Shown: piece after piece, positions 21,223 to 35,513 of the stretch | Layout: each line of letters starts with the position of its first letter | How positions within the stretch are numbered: position 1 is the first letter of the stretch | Source of the DNA: the human T2T-CHM13v2.0 reference genome, Homo sapiens | NCBI RefSeq assembly: GCF_009914755.1 | Contig: NC_060947.1 | Strand: one strand, 5' to 3' | DNA length: 64,000 nucleotides | The notes under the pieces: generated by a model | What the model saw: only the letters and a program-made list of their open reading frames with translations | What the model was told of the DNA's origin: nothing | The model's database searches: none | Made by a program: the position numbers and the translations under genes

Positions 21223-22790
21223 TCAAAATTGTTTTGCTTATTCTAGTTTATTTGCCTTTCCATATACATTTTACAGTCATCTGTAGCTACAAAAAAATCC
21301 TGCTGGAATTTTGATTGAAATTTCATTAAATCTGTACATCACTTGGGAGACTTCTCATCTTAATGCTATTGAGTCTCCCAATTTCATGAACACAGTATCT
21401 TCTCTGCGCTTATTTAGGACTATTTAGGACTTCTTTGACTCTTTTCACCAGGGTTTTGTAGGTCTTCTAGCATATACAGATTCTGTTGCACATATTTTGT
21501 TATATATTTCATATTTTTGGAGCTGTTGTATGCGATAAAAAAATTTTCTTCCAATTGTTCATTGTTAGTTTATAGAAATGTAATTTATTTTTGTATGCTG
21601 ACTTTGTAGCATATGTCCTTGCTAAACTCAGTTACTAGTTACAGGAGGGTATTTGGGGATAGATTTCTTGGGTCAGTTGTGTTTTAAGGAGACTTTCAAA
21701 ATTGAGAAAAATGTCTTATAATTACCCATGAGCTACCATTTCAGGTACTCTTTATTTTGTTGTGTAGATCAGTATTTCCATTTGGTATAATTTTCCTTCT
21801 GCCTGAGAATTTCCTTTAACATTTCTTAGACTGTAGGTCTTCTGGTGATGAATTCTTTCAGCCTTTGTATATCTGAAAAAGTATACTTTCATCTTCATTT
21901 ATGGAAGATATTTTTGCTGGGTATAGAATTGTAGGTTATATGGTGTCAGTTGGCATTTAGAAAGAAAAAAATAGGACTGTAGGTTGACAGAGTCGCCTTC
22001 CCCTCCCATTTATTAACTATAAGGGTATTGTTCCATTGTATTTCAGCTTGTATTGATTCCTCCAAGAAGTTTTCCCATACATGTGCTGTAGCCTGAAAAG
22101 TTTCTTTAGGCAGTAAGCTTGGGGTAATTAGAGCTCACATTCATTATTTTCTGTTTATTGTCATGTGTTCTGATATTCAATGTCTAAAATTCTTTGTTTC
22201 ACGTTTCTTTAGTTATTTAATTGTTATATTCAGGAGTAAATTTGGTCCCTTTTACTGCACCTTGGCCTGAAGCAGAAGTCCGAAGACTTAAGAAGTTTTA
22301 ATCTCGTAATGCCTTATAGAGTGGATGATTGAGATGCCAAGAATATCACTTCAGTAATTCAAATGTATGCCTTGTATGGAAAATGTTGGGTTTAAGGTTT
22401 CTTCTGACACTAGTGGGTTGGTATTTATTTCACTGGTTTAAAATAAAAAATTTGAATACGAGCTTAGACATTCAAGCTAAGTTGAAATGGTATTTTGGAT
22501 GGTCAAATTTCATATTTTATATGAAAGTATTTGAGTATTTAGTGTGATAAATTATGAGTAGTTATGACAGTTTTCCTTTAAATTCAGATTTTTGGCAAAA
22601 TGTGATTTTAGGACTGGTTTTTCAGATGAGCTTTTTCAAATTAGTGGAGCACATTGTTAAAACAGCCACTAATAATGAGAGATACTTAAATTTGCCCAAT
22701 ACCGTATTACCTTTACCCTTTCACTTCCTAAATGAACAACCTTCCTAGTCATATTGGAAAAATTTATAGCTGTGATAGACTGGAGCAGGG

Positions 22791-22804
22791 CTACCACCTA
22801 GTGG
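22791..22804 (-). promoter_or_regulatory. CTCF-like core motif
   Basis: Minus strand CCACTAGGTGGTAG, one mismatch to CCASYAGRKGGCRS. Confidence 0.5.
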
Positions 22805-22941
22805 TTTAAACAGACACGGGCCCTTATGGAGCATCTGAATGCGTAATGCAACTATTTGTCCTTTGATCTTTTATTATGAAGAATTTGTGTTTTGCTTTGT
22901 TATTCATTCTTGCCATTTGTGGATCACAGTGGCAGATCAGA

Positions 22942-23232
22942 TTTTCTTTTCTTTCGAGATGAAGTCTTGCTTTGTCGCCCAGACTGGAGTGCAGTGGCAC
23001 GATCTTGGCTCACTGCAACCTCTGCCTCCCAAGTGATTATCCTGCCTCAGTCTCCTGAGTAGCTGGGATTACAGGTGCACACCACCATTCCTGGCTCATT
23101 TTTGTATTTTTAGTAGAGATAGGGTTTCACCATGTTGGCCAGGCTGGTCTCGAACTGCTGACCTCAAGTGATCTGCCTGCCTCAGCCTCCTAGAGTGTTG
23201 GGATTACAGGTGTGAACCACTGCACCTGGCCC
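22942..23232 (-). mobile_element. Alu
   Basis: Both arms, flanked by cagattttc. Confidence 0.9.
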
Positions 23233-24223
23233 AGATTTTCCTCATTAGTATTTTTAAAAACAAATTTGATTTTTAGGAGTTCCTTATATATTCTAAATAT
23301 GAATCCTTTGTCACTACATGTGTTGAAAGTATATTTTCTCAGTTGTGGCTTGCCTTTATACTAATTTTTTTTTTATAAACATAAGTTCTGAGCATTGAGG
23401 TAGTTGAATTAATGTATCAGCCTTTTTTAATGACTTGTACTTTTTGTCTAATTTTAAAGAAATCCCACGCTATCCTAATGTCAAAGCCATTTTTCCGTGT
23501 TTTCTTCTTAAGGATTTATATAGTTTCACATTAGGGCCTTTAATAGGTTTTTTTATATGTAGATATAGGAGTCCACTTTATTTTTTTTTCTCCCGTTAGA
23601 AATAACTTGCAGGCTTGCCACCACTTTTTTGTTAGGTTATTGTTTGCCAGTTGCGTTACCAGGTTTCCACACGTACAAGTTCTGTTTCTGAGCTCTTTAT
23701 TGCTAAATATATGTATTCATGCACCAGCTCTCTTGATTTCTGTATCTTTATTGTGACTCATGGTATCTGGCACAATGCCAACTTTCTTTTGATTATGTTT
23801 GTAGTATTTTTCTGTCTTTTTTAAGTCTTTCTATGTTATATTTTACGTGTGTCTAAATTGCATAAATCTGGATTTAAAAATTTTGTTGAAAGCCATTTTC
23901 GTAGCATATTTATTCCATTTACATTTGTTGTGATTAAAATATTGCATTAAATAAATATTCATTTAAATATATCTACATATTGATTACCTTCTTTGCTCTG
24001 CCCTACCCCCCATCTCCCCACCAGATATACTGAGTTTTTGAATATAAAGACTTTTGCGGGGGAGATCTGTAGGATTTCTTTTAGGCCAGGAATGTGATAG
24101 TACTGTGTTTGATTTTGGCCTGTACTTTGGATTGTTATTAGTTGAAGACCATCTATAGTTAAATTCTCGTCTGAAGTTTGTGTTCTACCCAGGTCAGATG
24201 AATTCAGGCTTATGGTTGTGTAA

Positions 24224-24517
<294 letters not shown>

Positions 24518-25950
24518 AATACTCAGATTTTCTTTTCCACTCATTGCCATCATGGATTGGCAGTTTTCTTTGTCCTTCAAGAACAGTTTTAAAATAACAT
24601 TTAAAAAATTGGTTTATTATTACATTTTAGTTTTTACTTAGATTGAAGGTGTTCGCTCATTGAGGCTCAGTGTTCTGAGCGGTTATCTTATTTGACTCTT
24701 CTTCTTAGGTGGCTTTCAGGCCTTGTGTTCTGTCCCCCAAATAAGACCCCAGAACCCAACACAGGCTTTCAGAATGTCATACAAAAAGTCACTTTGATAT
24801 TCTGTCTGTCTCCACTTCTCTTAGTTCTGGTTCCCCTGACCGCCCCCAAAGTCCATTCTTTGTAGAGCTTAAGAACTTAAGAACTTTGTGTTGGTCGCCT
24901 GCCATTGTGTTTAATCTGACATCTTTAGTTTTCAGCACAAGGTTTCAGTGGTTGTCCTGAAGTGGAAGCCCTTCCCAACTCTTCATTTTATGGCTTACAT
25001 GGAAGATTGATAGTAGCAATTACTGAGAGAATTTCTTGAGGGCTCTTAAGATTGGTACATATACAAGGGCTCTGTTTGAAAGACTTTGGCTGCCCTGGCG
25101 TCCTGGCTGTTTTATGCCTGGTAGCTCTAGCGGTTAAAAGCTCTCTCTGTCTTGCCACTCCTATTACCCATTACCAGTACATTTGTTGGAGAACTTTGGT
25201 TGTAGAATATAAATCCCAGAAACAGAGCTGTGTGTGCATGGTTAAGTTTTTTAGTTCATGAGAGAAGGGGGAAATTAAAGATCTTGACTCATACCTGGCC
25301 AGTACAACATTGCACAGGGAAGAAAAATGCAATTAGGTGCTTGCTTTACAGTAGAAGAAAATATTGGTAAGTGTTTTACATCGGGTCAGATTCTGGGGAT
25401 TTTCTAATTCTGAGCCGAACTTATGTACTGTGAAGGAAATGGTGGGTGGTTTTCAGAAAATAGGGAAACTTTTACATCAAAAACTCTGTAAAGAAGTCAA
25501 AGATAAATGTAATCTGGGAAAAAATATTCTGTAACATTATATATAGAAATCCTTTATGTATAAATAGCACCTGACATCATTTAGGAAAAGAACTATTTAT
25601 GATGTAGTATACTGAGAACTGTGCACAATGTATGGACAGGTCTAGTAAATATTAGGGAAAAAGTAATGAAAAAACTTGAAACCAGCACCGCTGGTGGAAG
25701 GTTATATTGGTTCAGCTTTGCTGGTTGGCTTATCAGAAGCTTAAATTGTGCTTTTAATTTGACTGTGAGGAACTTATCCTAATAATAGCAAAAACTTGGT
25801 TAACAGATACTCTTCAGTAGAAACAAATTATAGTTTAACTGTTCAATAAAATGCTATGCAGATGTTAATTTTGAGATCTATATGTTTTGACATGATAATA
25901 TATTAAATCAAATAAAAATTTTATAAAATTGCATATAAAGATTTGTACTA

Positions 25951-26250
25951 GGCCGGGTGCGGTGGCTCAGTTCTGTAATCCTAGCACTTTGGGAGGCCGA
26001 GGCAGGTAGATCACTTGAGTTCAGGAGTTTGAGAGACCAGCCTGGTGTACGTGGCGAAACCTTGTCTCTACAAAAAAAATACAAAAATTAGCTGGGCGTG
26101 TTGGTGCGTTCCTGTAGTTCCAGCTACTTGGGTGGCTGAGGCAGTGGATCGCTTGAGCCTGGGAGGTCCAGGCTGCAGTGAACATGATGGTGTGCCTCTG
26201 CACCCTAGCCTCGGTGACAAAGTGAGACCTTTCAAAAGAAAAAAACAAAA
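25951..26250 (+). mobile_element. Alu (AluJ-like)
   Basis: ggccgggtgcggtggctc start and A-rich tail. Confidence 0.9.
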
Positions 26251-26838
26251 AGATTTTTACTGTTTGCATATATGCATAGAGAAAAGTCTGAAAGGGTATA
26301 TTCGGGCCTATTAAAAAGTTTTTTTTTTTTAAAGCACTTATTTTGGGGGAGGGTCCTTTATCATGTTGCAGTTTCTCTAGATTTAAGGTTTTTCATATGT
26401 TCAAGAAATAAATCTAAGTGCCTACATTTTAGAAGTTGTAGAATTCAAGGCATATTTTCAGTGGAGCTCATGCTCATAAACCCTATCTCTTCCACCTTTT
26501 CATGCAACCTGAAGTGCTTGCTTTTTCCTTTTTATGTGCATTTATTTAAAAATGTGTGTAAGGCAAAGGAATGCATACTTTGCTACCAAAGATATTAATT
26601 TGAACTACATATTTAACCAGGGTACAGCATGCAGAATAATGTAGTCTTTTACCTTCATAAAGATATGGTCTACATAATTTTGCTGCAGGCGGGCTTTCTT
26701 TATACATGTATCTTTTTGGAATTCTGAGTTAAATGTGTGCAGCTTAAATGACAGGCATAATGATTGCTGTAAGACTGTTTCTGTCAACCTCTAGGTAAAT
26801 AATAGACCCTGTGGAGTAGCACAAGCAAATTAAATTAA

Positions 26839-27160
<322 letters not shown>

Positions 27161-27594
27161 TTGCCAACTTTTTCATATGGAAAATCACAGGATCATTCTG
27201 AAGTGAAATTATCTCTCATACTGTCCTTGGCCCCAAAATACAGTTTTTAAAAGATCATTTAAGGCTTAATTCGTTGCTTAATTTGAGTAAGGAGACTTTA
27301 TAATGTACTTGAATGTATTCCATCTTTACAATGTTACATTTAGGATGCTACAAAAAAATTTGGAAAATAACTCAGCTGTTGTGTCAATACAGCTTCTTTT
27401 TATTTAATGTATACCCTGGGTGTGAGTGTGTGTGTGTGTGTGTGTCTGTGTGTGTGAATATAGAATCCATTAATTCATGTGGTTGCATGCATCTGAGATA
27501 AGTTTTGGAGTTAGTAGTAAACTAGCAACTTGTTGACTATTGAGACAGTACAGCTTAGTTTGCTTTGTTGCAGCTGTATTTGTCATTTCTTTGC

Positions 27595-28110
27595 TGTGGG
27601 ATATGATGAGGTTTCTCTTCAAATAATCTGATCAATCTTTTATTCTTTAATTCATAGTACCCTCCCTTCCCCCTTTTTCCTTTTTCTCCTTTTTTTTTTC
27701 CTTTTTGCCTTTGTTATAGATGCCCAGGCACGCAACAGTATCAGGCGTTATCAGTACCAGCTCACATTCCTTTCCTTATTTGGAAAGAGGACTAACTTTC
27801 TACCTCATTACAGATACCTCTTCCCCTTTCCTCTCCACTTTCTTTTACGTGCCCATCTTACCTAAAAAAATTCAAATGTTCAGCCAACCGGGATTAGTTT
27901 AGATTGTATGACCCGACCCCGGCCAATGAGGAAAGGGTACAGGGGCAGGACTTGCATCAGGAATAAAGGCTCTCGTGCCCCTTTGTTCAGGTGTGCTCTC
28001 ATGGTGACTGGCCAAGGAGGCACCCCTCTGTGCAGAGGTAAAATTGCTTTGCTAAGAATCCTTTGTTCGAGTGTTCAATTTCCTTAGGATTTTGAGCGTT
28101 ATTCCTAACA
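27595..28110 (+). mobile_element. Solo ERV1 LTR (LTR10-like), 516 bp
   Basis: TG...CA ends with a perfect 5-bp TSD tttgc (27590-27594 and 28111-28115). CCAAT near 27923. Family assigned from memory. Confidence 0.8.
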
Positions 28111-28699
28111 TTTGCCAAAAATACTAAAGAGAGAAAAATCAGCAACACAAGGTAAACTAAGGAGTTGTCATTCTGAAGCTGCAAAAAGTGGGATAAAGCT
28201 GTTTAACATTTTCCAGATACATACCACACTTAGTCTGAACTGGTGTATTATTTTATACATATACATATGTATATATGTAGTAGTGTTTTATTTTTCTGTC
28301 ACAGTTGTCTTTTGAATATGGGAACTTAGTTTTTTTTGGTTGGGTTACTTTTGTTTTGGATATGTTTATGTCTGTTTATTTTTTATTTTTTGTTATAGTG
28401 ATGATTGCTTTTTATAATGATTTAAAATAAAGAGGGGCGAAAAAATATGGTAGAGAACTGAGGCTAAGTCTGGGAATGGTTTGTGAGAGCTGGGAGTTGA
28501 AATTTTATGTGTTGCTTTTCTGCTTGGTGTGGAGTTGGGGAGGAGGAGCTAGTGTGTAGGAGAAAAAGCTGATTATGGAGAGGGTCGTTCTTGCACATGA
28601 CTTTAGGTCCCTGGGCATGACCTGAGTCAACTACCTTACTGCTCAGAGGCTGTGAAGCCATACTGTTTGAATCTTTGCTAGTTTGTAGCTTTGTGACCA

Positions 28700-28860
28700 T
28701 GAGCACAGGATTTACTTAGGCCTCAGTTTTCCTGTCAGTGAAGTAGGGTTAATTACTGTAATAGACCCCATTTCATAGTAATTGTGAGGATTAAAGAATA
28801 AGTATATGTAAGTTGCTTAGAATAGTGCTTGGTACATATCAAGAGCTCAAGTATTAGCTA
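28700..28860 (+). mobile_element. MIR
   Basis: gcctcagttttcctgtc...gtgaggattaaa...gcttagaatagtgcttggtacat. Confidence 0.65.
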
Positions 28861-29113
28861 TCAACACTTTACTAAGTTGTCTAGTTTGATTTCAATAGTG
28901 TAATTCTTTGAGAGTATTTTGCAATAGCAAAGTGTTTTAAATAGTTTATTTGAAAAGAATGGTTCTTAAAGTGCCAGTGATGGTTTCTTGAATGTTGAAT
29001 GATGCTTGTTTACTCATTAGCATTCAACACATCCCATGAATGCAGAGTAGTAGGCCCAAAGAGACTGAAAAATCTGGGATTCAGACTGGCATCTAACTTT
29101 CATTCTACTGACC

Positions 29114-29411
29114 TTTTTTTTTTTTTTTTTGAGACGTAGTTTTGCTGTCATTGCCCAGGCTGGAATGCAGTGGCGCGATCTCGGCTCACTGGAACCTCCG
29201 CTTCCTAGGTTCGAGCGATTCTCCTGCCTCAGCCTCCTGAGTAGCTGGAATTACAGGCGCCCACCACCACGCCCAGCTAATTTTTTGTATTTTTAGTAGA
29301 GGCAGGTTTTCATCATGTTGGCCTGGTTGGTCTCAAACTCCTGACCTCAGGTGATCAACCCGCCTCGGCCTCCCACCGTGCTGTGATTATAGGCGCGAGC
29401 CACCGCGTTCA
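29114..29411 (-). mobile_element. Alu
   Basis: Poly(T) plus both arms. Confidence 0.92.
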
Positions 29412-29609
29412 ACCCCTCTGCTGACTCTTTTGACAAAAGATGTGTATTAATTGAAAGTAGGAAATAGAGAGACAGACAGGGTAGAGTGACAAATGTTTAA
29501 GTTCCTTTATCATCTCGAAAATGTTAGATATGGGTGACGATTAACTGGGTTTCCTTTTTTCTTCCCTCCATCCTTTTTGTGTGTGTTAATGATTATTTCA
29601 TTAGGCAGT

Positions 29610-29905
29610 TGTTTTGTTGTTGTTGTTGTTGGTTTTGTTTTGAGACAGAGTCTCACTGCATTGCCCAGGCTGCAGTGGCGTGATCACAGCTCACCGCAGC
29701 CACCACCTCCTGGGCTTAAGTGATCCTACCACCTCTCAGCCTCCTGAGTAGCTGGGACCACAGGTGTGTGCCATCATGCCAGCATAATTTTAAAAATGTT
29801 TTTGTAGAGATGGGAGTCTCCCTATGTTGCCCAGGCTGGTCTCCAGTAATCCCCCCACCTCAGCCTCCCAAAGTGCTGGGATTACAGGTATGAGCCATTG
29901 CACCG
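29610..29905 (-). mobile_element. Alu (AluJ-like) with (GTT)n tail
   Basis: Diverged Alu body with a small internal deletion. Confidence 0.88.
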
Positions 29906-30647
29906 AACTTTGTTTTTTTTTTTGTTTTTGTTCTTAAGCGAGGAAAGAGGGTTACACACACATCTGTCTCTTAAAGAATTCTCAAAAACAGTCAGTTCTG
30001 GGCTGCACTGGAACTCTACTGTTCCAGGAACATGGGCTTCCATTTCCTACTCTGCGGATCTCAGCTATGGCATCTACCTCTTAGTCCAGGAGAGTTACTG
30101 AAGTTCTTGCCATCTGGATGATTCTACCCAAGTAGGCAGAGGAGGGGATGAAGTGGAGCCTGTCTTTCCCTTATATTCCATTGGGCAGAATTTAATCACC
30201 AAGCCACACCTACAAGAATGGCTGGGAATCTCAGCCTTCAGTCTGTGTAAAAATGTGCCTAATTAAATTTACGGGTTCTATTAACAAAGAGGAGAAAGGG
30301 TATCTGAGACACCTAGAATCTGAAGCAAGTCACAAAACAGTATTTATAGAAATATTAATCAGGTAGGAAAAGTATATGTGCTTACATCTGCATGATATAA
30401 TCTCTTTTTTCTTTTTCTTTACAATATAATCTTGAATATGTTAGAAATTTTAAATATTTGTTGCTCCTGGGAAATGGAACTGGGCGGCTGGGGTCAGGAC
30501 TAGGAGAGAGACTTTTTAGTATATATGCCTTTTTGAAGTGGTGATAAATAGACTTTCAAAAATAGTAAATGAAATTAAAAGGAAAAAGTCTGCAAGTTTG
30601 ATATATAAGTTCAGGAGTAGATATGTCATTAAGAATCAGCAATACTT

Positions 30648-30922
30648 TATGCCTGTAATCCCAGCACTTTGGGAGGCCAAGGCGGGTGGATCGTTTGAGA
30701 CCCGCCTGGCCAGCATGGTGAAACCCCGTCTCTACAAAGAGTACAAAAATTAGCCAGGCGTGGTGGCGTGTGCCTGTAGTCCCAGCCACTTGAGGGGGTT
30801 GAAGTGGGAGGAGCACCTAAGCCTGGGAGGTCAAGGCTGCAGTGAGCTGTGATTGTGCCACTACACTCCAGCCTGGGTGACAGAGTGAGACCTTGCCTTA
30901 AAAAAAAAAAAATAATAATAAT
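30648..30922 (+). mobile_element. Alu, 5'-truncated
   Basis: Starts tgcctgtaatcccagcac and ends in an A tail. Confidence 0.88.
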
Positions 30923-33209
30923 ACTTAAGATTATTTTAATTGTAACTCTTTCCTCATTAAAAAAAAAAAGTATAATGTGTTGACGTTTCAAAAATGGTTT
31001 AGATTCAGGTAGTTTCAATCCTTTTAAATTCTTAAGTGTATTTATGGTGTTTTAAAAGCAGCCAGGCAAAGGCATTGCCGAATACCCGCAAACAGGAAGA
31101 ATTTCCTTCTGATTTACGACACATCTTTCTGGAAAGGATATCAAGTTTAATGATGCATACACTTTTAGGGATTTGTTGGGAACAGGTCAGAAGAATAGTA
31201 ATATTATACATTAGATACTATGTCTCTTTATACATAATGTAAAGTAAGAAAACACTCTAATAACTAAGTCGGTGGTGGTGATGGTAGTGGTGCAGTAGAG
31301 AAACATCTTTTCTTGATATTGTCTGGATTACTGCAACAAATTCTTTTACTGATCTGTGTCAGAAGTACCAGGGGTGATCTGCTATAGTTACATAGTTTGC
31401 CACCTCTTTAGGATGTCTGAATAACAAGCTGTTAAAAATGTAGGAAGTTAGTGGGATGAGAGTTTGATGTGGGGTTGGAGTAGAGTGGGCTTTGTGTTGG
31501 GGAACAGGGAAAGAAAAAATATGGATGTGTAGGCTGGGACTGGAGCCAAGTACTCACTGTTATAGGCAGTAGGAAATAATTGGAAGTTTAAGAGCTGGGA
31601 AGCATGACAATAAATAGCATTGCTGGAAGAGTGGGTTTTGTTTGTTTAGGGTATGAGTTGGGCTGTAGAAACAGACCAGTCAAGGAGCAACAAGTGGCAG
31701 TAACGGTGTAGTACGGGCATTCATTGGAATTTGCGGAAATAATAGGTAAAAAGAAAAAGGGGAATGGTTATGGGAGAAGTGTTAGGGAAGACTTAGCAGT
31801 AATCAATTAGATGTGTAGGCATAAAGAAATGATTTGACTAGGTGCTGTTAATGAAAAGGAAAGTTAAAGAGAGAATTTTTGAACAGTGCCAGAAACTTAA
31901 TTTTTACTTGGTGAATTTAAGATGATGTTGGGATGTCCAAGTGGAAAAAGTCTGATAAGTTGTTTAGAGTTAAAAGATTTCTTCTTCCTTCTTTGTCTTT
32001 CTTCTTATTCCCTCCCCACCCCTGCTTCTCTTGTGTAAACAGAAGTTTATAGTGCACAAAAGTGACTCTTGGGAAAGTATCTTTAGTTAAGGATCAAGAT
32101 AGTAAGGTAGAACCAAGGAAGAAAGAGGAGTGAGGAAGGCAGATGGGTTAGAAAAGAGGATCCAGGAGAAAAAAAAGATATACAGGAGAATAAAGGAGAC
32201 AGGAACCAGTTTGTCTTCACTTTGGATACCTAGCAGCCAATAAAAGTGACCAGGATGGAGTAGGTGCTCATTGATGAGTGACTGGTATAATACTAAGTAT
32301 TTTTAATTATCCACAGGTATTATCTAGTTTAGTACCTTAAAAAAAAACTAGTGCAAAATATACATAACATGCAATTTACCATTGTAACCTTTTCAGATGT
32401 ACTGTTCAGTAGTGTTAGTCTCCAGAACTCTTTTCATCTTGTAAAACTGAAACTTTATACCCATTAAACAACTGCTAATATTTCAGTGATTTTAATAAAA
32501 ATGTTTGCAATATTTATCCCCATTAGGTTAATATAGGGGTTTTTCTTTTTCCCTAAAATAGTCTTATTTTAAAACTGCGTTGTCTTGAGTAGTCTTTTAT
32601 TGAGAAAGTTGTAAGCTTCTAAAAACCATAATTCTTTTTTAATTTTTAATTTTATCTTATTTTTTATTGTATAAATTTTACAGGGTTGTACTTAGAATCA
32701 TAGAGTCCAAGGATATTTTTTTAAAAATGCAAATTAGAATTGTATCCAAAATAAGGTATCTCCTTTGTAACTCCCACTAAAATAGCTTAGTAATATATGC
32801 TTTAATTCTTTGTATTTATATGAACCAGTGATGGCCCATTTAATTTTTGGTGTGTTTAATTTTTCCTACCTTCTGAATGAGCTGAATTAAGTTATACTCA
32901 TTCATTGGCACTATCCAAAGTGCAATTAATCTTCTCATCTAAGTGACTGCTTTTTAAATATTTAAGTAAAGCTTCAATCCTGTTGATTTTCCTCAGTTAA
33001 ACTTAGTTAAGGTAGTTTTCATATGACAGTTTCCACATCCTTTACCAAACTTGTAGCCCTCTTTGTGTTATCACCTGTTGAAATGTGCTATTCAGAACTG
33101 ATAATGCTAGAGATCTGATCAGACTAGACCTTGGTGAGCTGATTATTGCTGTTGATATGTATAATATAATTTATTAATTTGGGCCATGAATATTTTTTAA
33201 ATTTCCTTC

Positions 33210-33551
33210 CGTTTCCTTTTCTTTTTCCTCTTCCTCTTCCTCTTCCTTTCCCTTTTCCTTTGACAGGGTCTTGCTCTGTCGCCCAGGCTGGAGTGCAGTG
33301 GTGCAATCATGGCTCATTGTAGCCTCATCTTCCCAGACCCAAGCCATCCTCCCGCTTCAAGCTTCCCACGTAGCTGGGATCACAGGCATGCACCACACCA
33401 TGCCTGGGTAATTTTTTTTAATTTTTGTAGAGACGAGGCCTCGCTATGTTGCCTGGGCTGGTCTCGAACTCCTGGGCTCAAGGAATCCTCCTGCCTTTTG
33501 CTGGGATTATAGGCGTGCTGGGATTATAGGCGTGAGCCATCGTGCCTGGCC
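33210..33551 (-). mobile_element. Alu (AluJ-like) with CT-rich degenerate tail
   Basis: Alu body with an internal 17-bp duplication gctgggattataggcgt. Confidence 0.88.
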
Positions 33552-33699
33552 AAATAGCCATATTTCATGGATGATACATTGACCTGTTGTCTGCTTAAAT
33601 CCCTTAATCTATTTTAAGGAGTCTGCTGGTTGCTGGATGCTCAACCATTGTGTATGCGTATGGTTGGCTTTTTAAAAATTACGGGTAGGGCTCATAATT

Positions 33700-34001
<302 letters not shown>

Positions 34002-34721
34002 TTATAGGCAGGACTGCATATTTGTTTTTATTATATTCAGCCTAAAAGTTTCACTCATTTAAAACCATTGGGGTATTAAAATCTGTATTTTCTCTACCAT
34101 TTGTAGTCACCCAGCTACTGCAGTTAATCTTTTAAGTTGAAAAGAAAAAAGTTTAAATGTTGCATATATTTAACAATTCTAAAATATTGACAGCGTCCTG
34201 TTTTAGCAAGGCACTGACCAAGTTCATCATAAAAGATTAATACTGCACATGAAAAAAATTAAATTAGTTACATGTCTGTGTTCACAAGCTCAAAACTTCA
34301 CCTGTCAGAGTTTAGAAATACGGGGTAATGGTAACGTTACTTTTCTGGGATAGCTGATTTTTAAAATAATAACAGTGCAGCAGATACCAAGCACAAGTTA
34401 TATTGAATGTTGTGGAATATGGCACTATGATGGAAATAAAAAACACACCTAAGCTTTCTACGTAGCTGGGAGGATCTTAGTTCATTTATTTCCCTTTTCA
34501 GTGTTTTTTTCCCTAGTAGGTAGTAAGGATTATGGATGTGCAATCCACCAGCTATAAACAATTAGAGGATGTAACAATTTTTGTGGAGGGTATTGCTTTT
34601 ATCCTCCTTGCTGCAAGATATTTTATTAGGCTTTTCATTTATAAACATAAGAAATTTTGCTTTCCTAATATTTAGTATACGGATTGAATATTAAGTTGTT
34701 TTTAGGCTTTAAGAATTATCT

Positions 34722-34912
34722 AGGTCTGTACTGTCCAGTATGGTAGCCATTAGCCACATGTTTGTTTAAATATTAAAATGAAATAATTTAAAAATTCACT
34801 TGTCCACTTGCACTAACCATGTTTCAAAGTGCTCAATAACCACATGTGTCTAAATGGCTACTGTATTGGACAGCACAGATCATAGGGTATTTGTATCATT
34901 GCAGAAATTGCT
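34722..34912. mobile_element. MER3/MER33-like hAT MITE
   Basis: Inverted segments ctgtactgtccagtatggtagcca / tggctactgtattggacagcacag. Confidence 0.7.
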
Positions 34913-34988
34913 CTGTTGATTGCTGATGCAACCACAAATGATTTTCTTTCAAATTTCTGACAATCCTTACACTAAAGGTATAGGATGA

Positions 34989-35395
<407 letters not shown>

Positions 35396-35446
35396 TAAAA
35401 TGAACAAAATACAAGGAAGATTCTGTGTGGGACAACTATATAGACC

Positions 35447-35513
35447 TTTTTTTTTTTTTTTTTTTTTTTTTGCTGTGACACAGCCCTCAGGAGATCCTGA
35501 GAACATGTGCCCG
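35447..35513 (-). mobile_element. Tiny retroposed insert: 42-nt MER4-group LTR-like hairpin plus A25 tail
   Basis: T25 (35447-35471) then gctgtgacacagccctcaggagatcctgagaacatgtgcccg. Flanked by tagac at 35441-35445 and 35514-35518. Confidence 0.7.

Noticed and set aside
27716-27735. p53 site in the LTR10-like element
   Set aside because: Both half-sites have mismatches in the CWWG core, so it is not called as a feature.
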